IMG/VR virus record: IMGVR_UViG_2541047879_000004
Coordinates: 1-52,210 of that record
From: a virus
Lineage: Duplodnaviria > Heunggongvirae > Uroviricota > Caudoviricetes
Reading direction: 5' to 3' (one strand)
DNA: 52,210 nt
In this document: one piece after another, positions 50,247-52,210 of the stretch
How the letters are laid out: every line of letters starts with the position of its first letter
How positions within the stretch are numbered: position 1 is the first letter of the stretch
Translations under genes and position numbers: made by a program
The notes under the pieces: model-generated
What the model was told of the DNA's origin: nothing
What the model saw: the letters and a program-made list of their open reading frames with translations, nothing else
Database searches by the model: none

Positions 50247-50915
50247 CTATTTTTTCCCTGAAGCGGAAAACATTACTACAGTACCTTGAACCTTGGTTTT
50301 AACATTCTCGAAATGCTCTGAGAGTATATGTGTTAAGCCTTCTTCGGAATCTTTTGTGTTTGAAAAGATGCCTTTCTGATTGTAAATGCGCATCAGTTTT
50401 TGACCGAAGCTATTGTGCACAACTCCATCGCCAAGAATTGTGGCTCCGTATAGAGTTCCATCGTCAGTTAAGGCCTGCGCCGCATTGCGTATTACACAGC
50501 TTTTTGTAGATATATTTCCAGGCAGGCAGTGAAGAAGGTAAAACATGGAAATGGAATCAAATTGACCATGTAACGCCGCGGGATAAGGTTCAAAAACATC
50601 ATGGCTAATTTTATGTTTAATTTTTGATTCCCCAGCCCTTGTAGATGCCGCGTTCAGGCTAGCTTCGTTCAAATCCATTAAAGATATCAGACTACTCTCA
50701 GGTACGTGAGTAAGGTAAAACCCAGTTCCAACACCAATATCCAGATGGTTGTTACCTACATGTTCCAGAAAGTGTGGAAGAAGGTGTTCCTTTGTAGGAC
50801 ATCCCCATGCAAGCCGATTTGATACTCCCAAAACCCACCAGTCATAAAGCTTTAGGGTAAGTGGTGTGTAAATTTTAGCCCCATCATCTGTGTTTTTTTT
50901 CATTGATTTCACCAT
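50247..50915 (-). CDS. Class I SAM-dependent methyltransferase (non-DNA type), cargo gene
   Basis: Motif I LDIGVGTG, acidic post-I LMDLN, motif II-like FDSISMFYLLHCLP; AT-rich. Confidence 0.6.
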   Translation of the reverse strand: MVKSMKKNTDDGAKIYTPLTLKLYDWWVLGVSNRLAWGCPTKEHLLPHFLEHVGNNHLDIGVGTGFYLTHVPESSLISLMDLNEASLNAASTRAGESKIKHKISHDVFEPYPAALHGQFDSISMFYLLHCLPGNISTKSCVIRNAAQALTDDGTLYGATILGDGVVHNSFGQKLMRIYNQKGIFSNTKDSEEGLTHILSEHFENVKTKVQGTVVMFSASGKK

Positions 50916-50971
50916 GTTATAGTTTTATTTGTGAATTAAATCAATTATGGCGATGAATTACAAGGGGTTAA

Positions 50972-51241
50972 ATGCTGCCGCAGCATAGCGATATTGAAAT
51001 AGCCTGGTATGCTTCGATACAGCAGGAGCCGAATGGCTGGAAGACCGTCACCACACAGTTCTACATCCAGGAATTCAGTGAGTATATTGCGCCACTGCAG
51101 GATGCTGTAGATCTGGAAATCGCAACGGAGGAAGAAAGATCGTTGCTGGAGGCATGGAATAAATATCGGGTATTGTTGAATCGTGTTGATACATCAACTG
51201 CACCTGATATTGAGTGGCCTGCAAATCCTGTCAGGGAGTAA
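50972..51241 (+). pseudogene. Tail fibre assembly protein C-terminal fragment
   Basis: ...[37 protein letters not shown]; only C-terminal part present. Confidence 0.6.
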
Positions 51242-51298
51242 TCATTGGGATTATGCCGCAGACACGTCGTATGCAGGAACGTGCTGCGGTTAGTTTGT
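51166..51298. repeat. Direct repeat copy B of tfa 3' end plus hairpin
   Basis: Near-identical to 50108-50240. Confidence 0.8.
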
Positions 51299-51355
51299 GA
51301 GCTTTCGATAGTGGTTGTTATTTTTGCCCTTATTTGTTCCGGAGGCCATGGTTCA

Positions 51356-51526
51356 ATGGTCCGTCTGCCCCCTGTGGTGATGTCAGCAAAATCAGCCACT
51401 GCGCGAACCACAATAGCCCGGGAAGATGCTGAAGATCACCAGGTAAAGCTGTCAGCGCAGAAACTGGAAGAACTGCTCGCATCAATGGTTAAGGATGAGG
51501 TTGATCGCAATGATGGGATTTATTGA
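51356..51526 (+). CDS. Small hypothetical protein (56 aa)
   Basis: ggagg upstream; weak. Confidence 0.3.
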   Translation: MVRLPPVVMSAKSATARTTIAREDAEDHQVKLSAQKLEELLASMVKDEVDRNDGIY

Positions 51527-51619
51527 CGTCAGCGAGAGCAGAAGGAAGAACTGAATAACCTGAATGATTTACGCTCAATCAGAGCGATGGCGATTAGCGG
51601 CAATCACGCTCGATAAAAT

Positions 51620-51646
51620 TAACCCCGGTGATCATCCGGGGTTTTG
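51620..51646. terminator. Bidirectional rho-independent terminator between convergent genes
   Basis: CCCCGGtgatcatCCGGGG then TTTT. Confidence 0.7.
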
Positions 51647-51652
51647 CATTCA

Positions 51653-52210
51653 TTAAAACCGCATCAACCTTTCCACCAATTGTTCTTTACGGGCAACGAT
51701 CCACCCATGTTGCTCCAGATAAAATTTAAACCGTTCCAGCGTGCATACCATCGCATCGGCGGGGACTTTTTCTGTGAACTCGACCTGACCGTGTTTATCG
51801 AAGTGGATCAGTAATGCGCATCCATTATTTGGGGCGGGGGAGTTTTGTGCTGCAGGAGGACGTTTGTGGAGTTCTTCTTCCATTGCGTTAAATTTTTCAA
51901 TGTAAGCTTCTTTTAGTCTGGCTGCTTTTTTGCCAGTAAATCCCATTACGAGGAACATGAAGCCGTCTTTTGTGATCAGGTAGCATCGTGATTCACGTTC
52001 TGCGCCGTTGCCAATTTCGACAGTCTGAACATCGGCCGAAAAGTTGGCTGATGTAAATTCGGGAGAGCAGTCGAGTGTGTCAATCTTAGCTAAAACGTGT
52101 TTATGTTGTTTATCGAAGTAGTCGGCAACAGCTTGAGAGGTGGTAACCAGGCGACCATCTTTGAAAAAGACTTTTGGTGACTCGTTAGAAAAAGTTATAG
52201 CTGTATTCAT
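51653..52210 (-). CDS. Rha-family phage regulatory protein
   Basis: N-terminal ...GRLVTTSQAVADYFDKQHKHVLAKIDTL... and ...YLITKDGFMFLVMGFTGKKAARLKEAYIEKFNAMEEEL pattern of Rha family (recalled); start codon at window edge. Confidence 0.65.
   Translation of the reverse strand: MNTAITFSNESPKVFFKDGRLVTTSQAVADYFDKQHKHVLAKIDTLDCSPEFTSANFSADVQTVEIGNGAERESRCYLITKDGFMFLVMGFTGKKAARLKEAYIEKFNAMEEELHKRPPAAQNSPAPNNGCALLIHFDKHGQVEFTEKVPADAMVCTLERFKFYLEQHGWIVARKEQLVERLMRF

Larger units (their letters stand above)
1..52210. mobile_element. Lambdoid prophage, near-complete (integration, immunity, replication, nin-like, late regulation, lysis, cos, head, tail, tail-fibre modules)
   Basis: Canonical lambdoid gene order seen in ORF translations; lambda-identical cosN; lambda-like head/tail proteins. 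Confidence 0.9.

Overview
This window is a near-complete lambda-like (lambdoid) prophage from an enterobacterial host, read from the integrase stop codon (position 1) to a Rha-family regulator gene at the right edge. All calls rest on reading the ORF translations and the DNA by eye, with family assignments from recalled knowledge; no database search was run. Left to right: int/xis; a large exonuclease gene; small early genes; a cI / cro / YdaT-like immunity region; a replication module with direct-repeat arrays inside the initiator gene; a nin-like run of small genes with a hok-family toxin, a DUF968 protein and rusA; a Q-like antiterminator; an AT-rich cargo cassette; an N6-adenine DNA methyltransferase; three tRNAs; a nanS-p-like esterase; a phage-21-type pinholin / SAR-endolysin / Rz-Rz1 lysis cassette with extra inserts; a lambda-identical cosN; and a lambda-like head and tail block (nu1 through J, with the G-T frameshift site). 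The most unusual part is the tail-fibre end: the J gene appears split, the J-Cterm/lom/stf/tfa block is inverted, a Mu G-segment-like invertible cassette with a strong gix-like site sits inside stf, the pin invertase is a degenerate pseudogene, and a SAM-methyltransferase cargo gene is bracketed by direct repeats of a tfa 3' end. No CRISPR array, reverse transcriptase or Shiga toxin gene was seen. Candidates for an undescribed accessory system are the two-gene cassette after Q (15636-16667), the extra genes in the lysis cassette, the AT-rich locus between the tRNAs and the esterase gene, and the methyltransferase cargo gene in the tail-fibre region.
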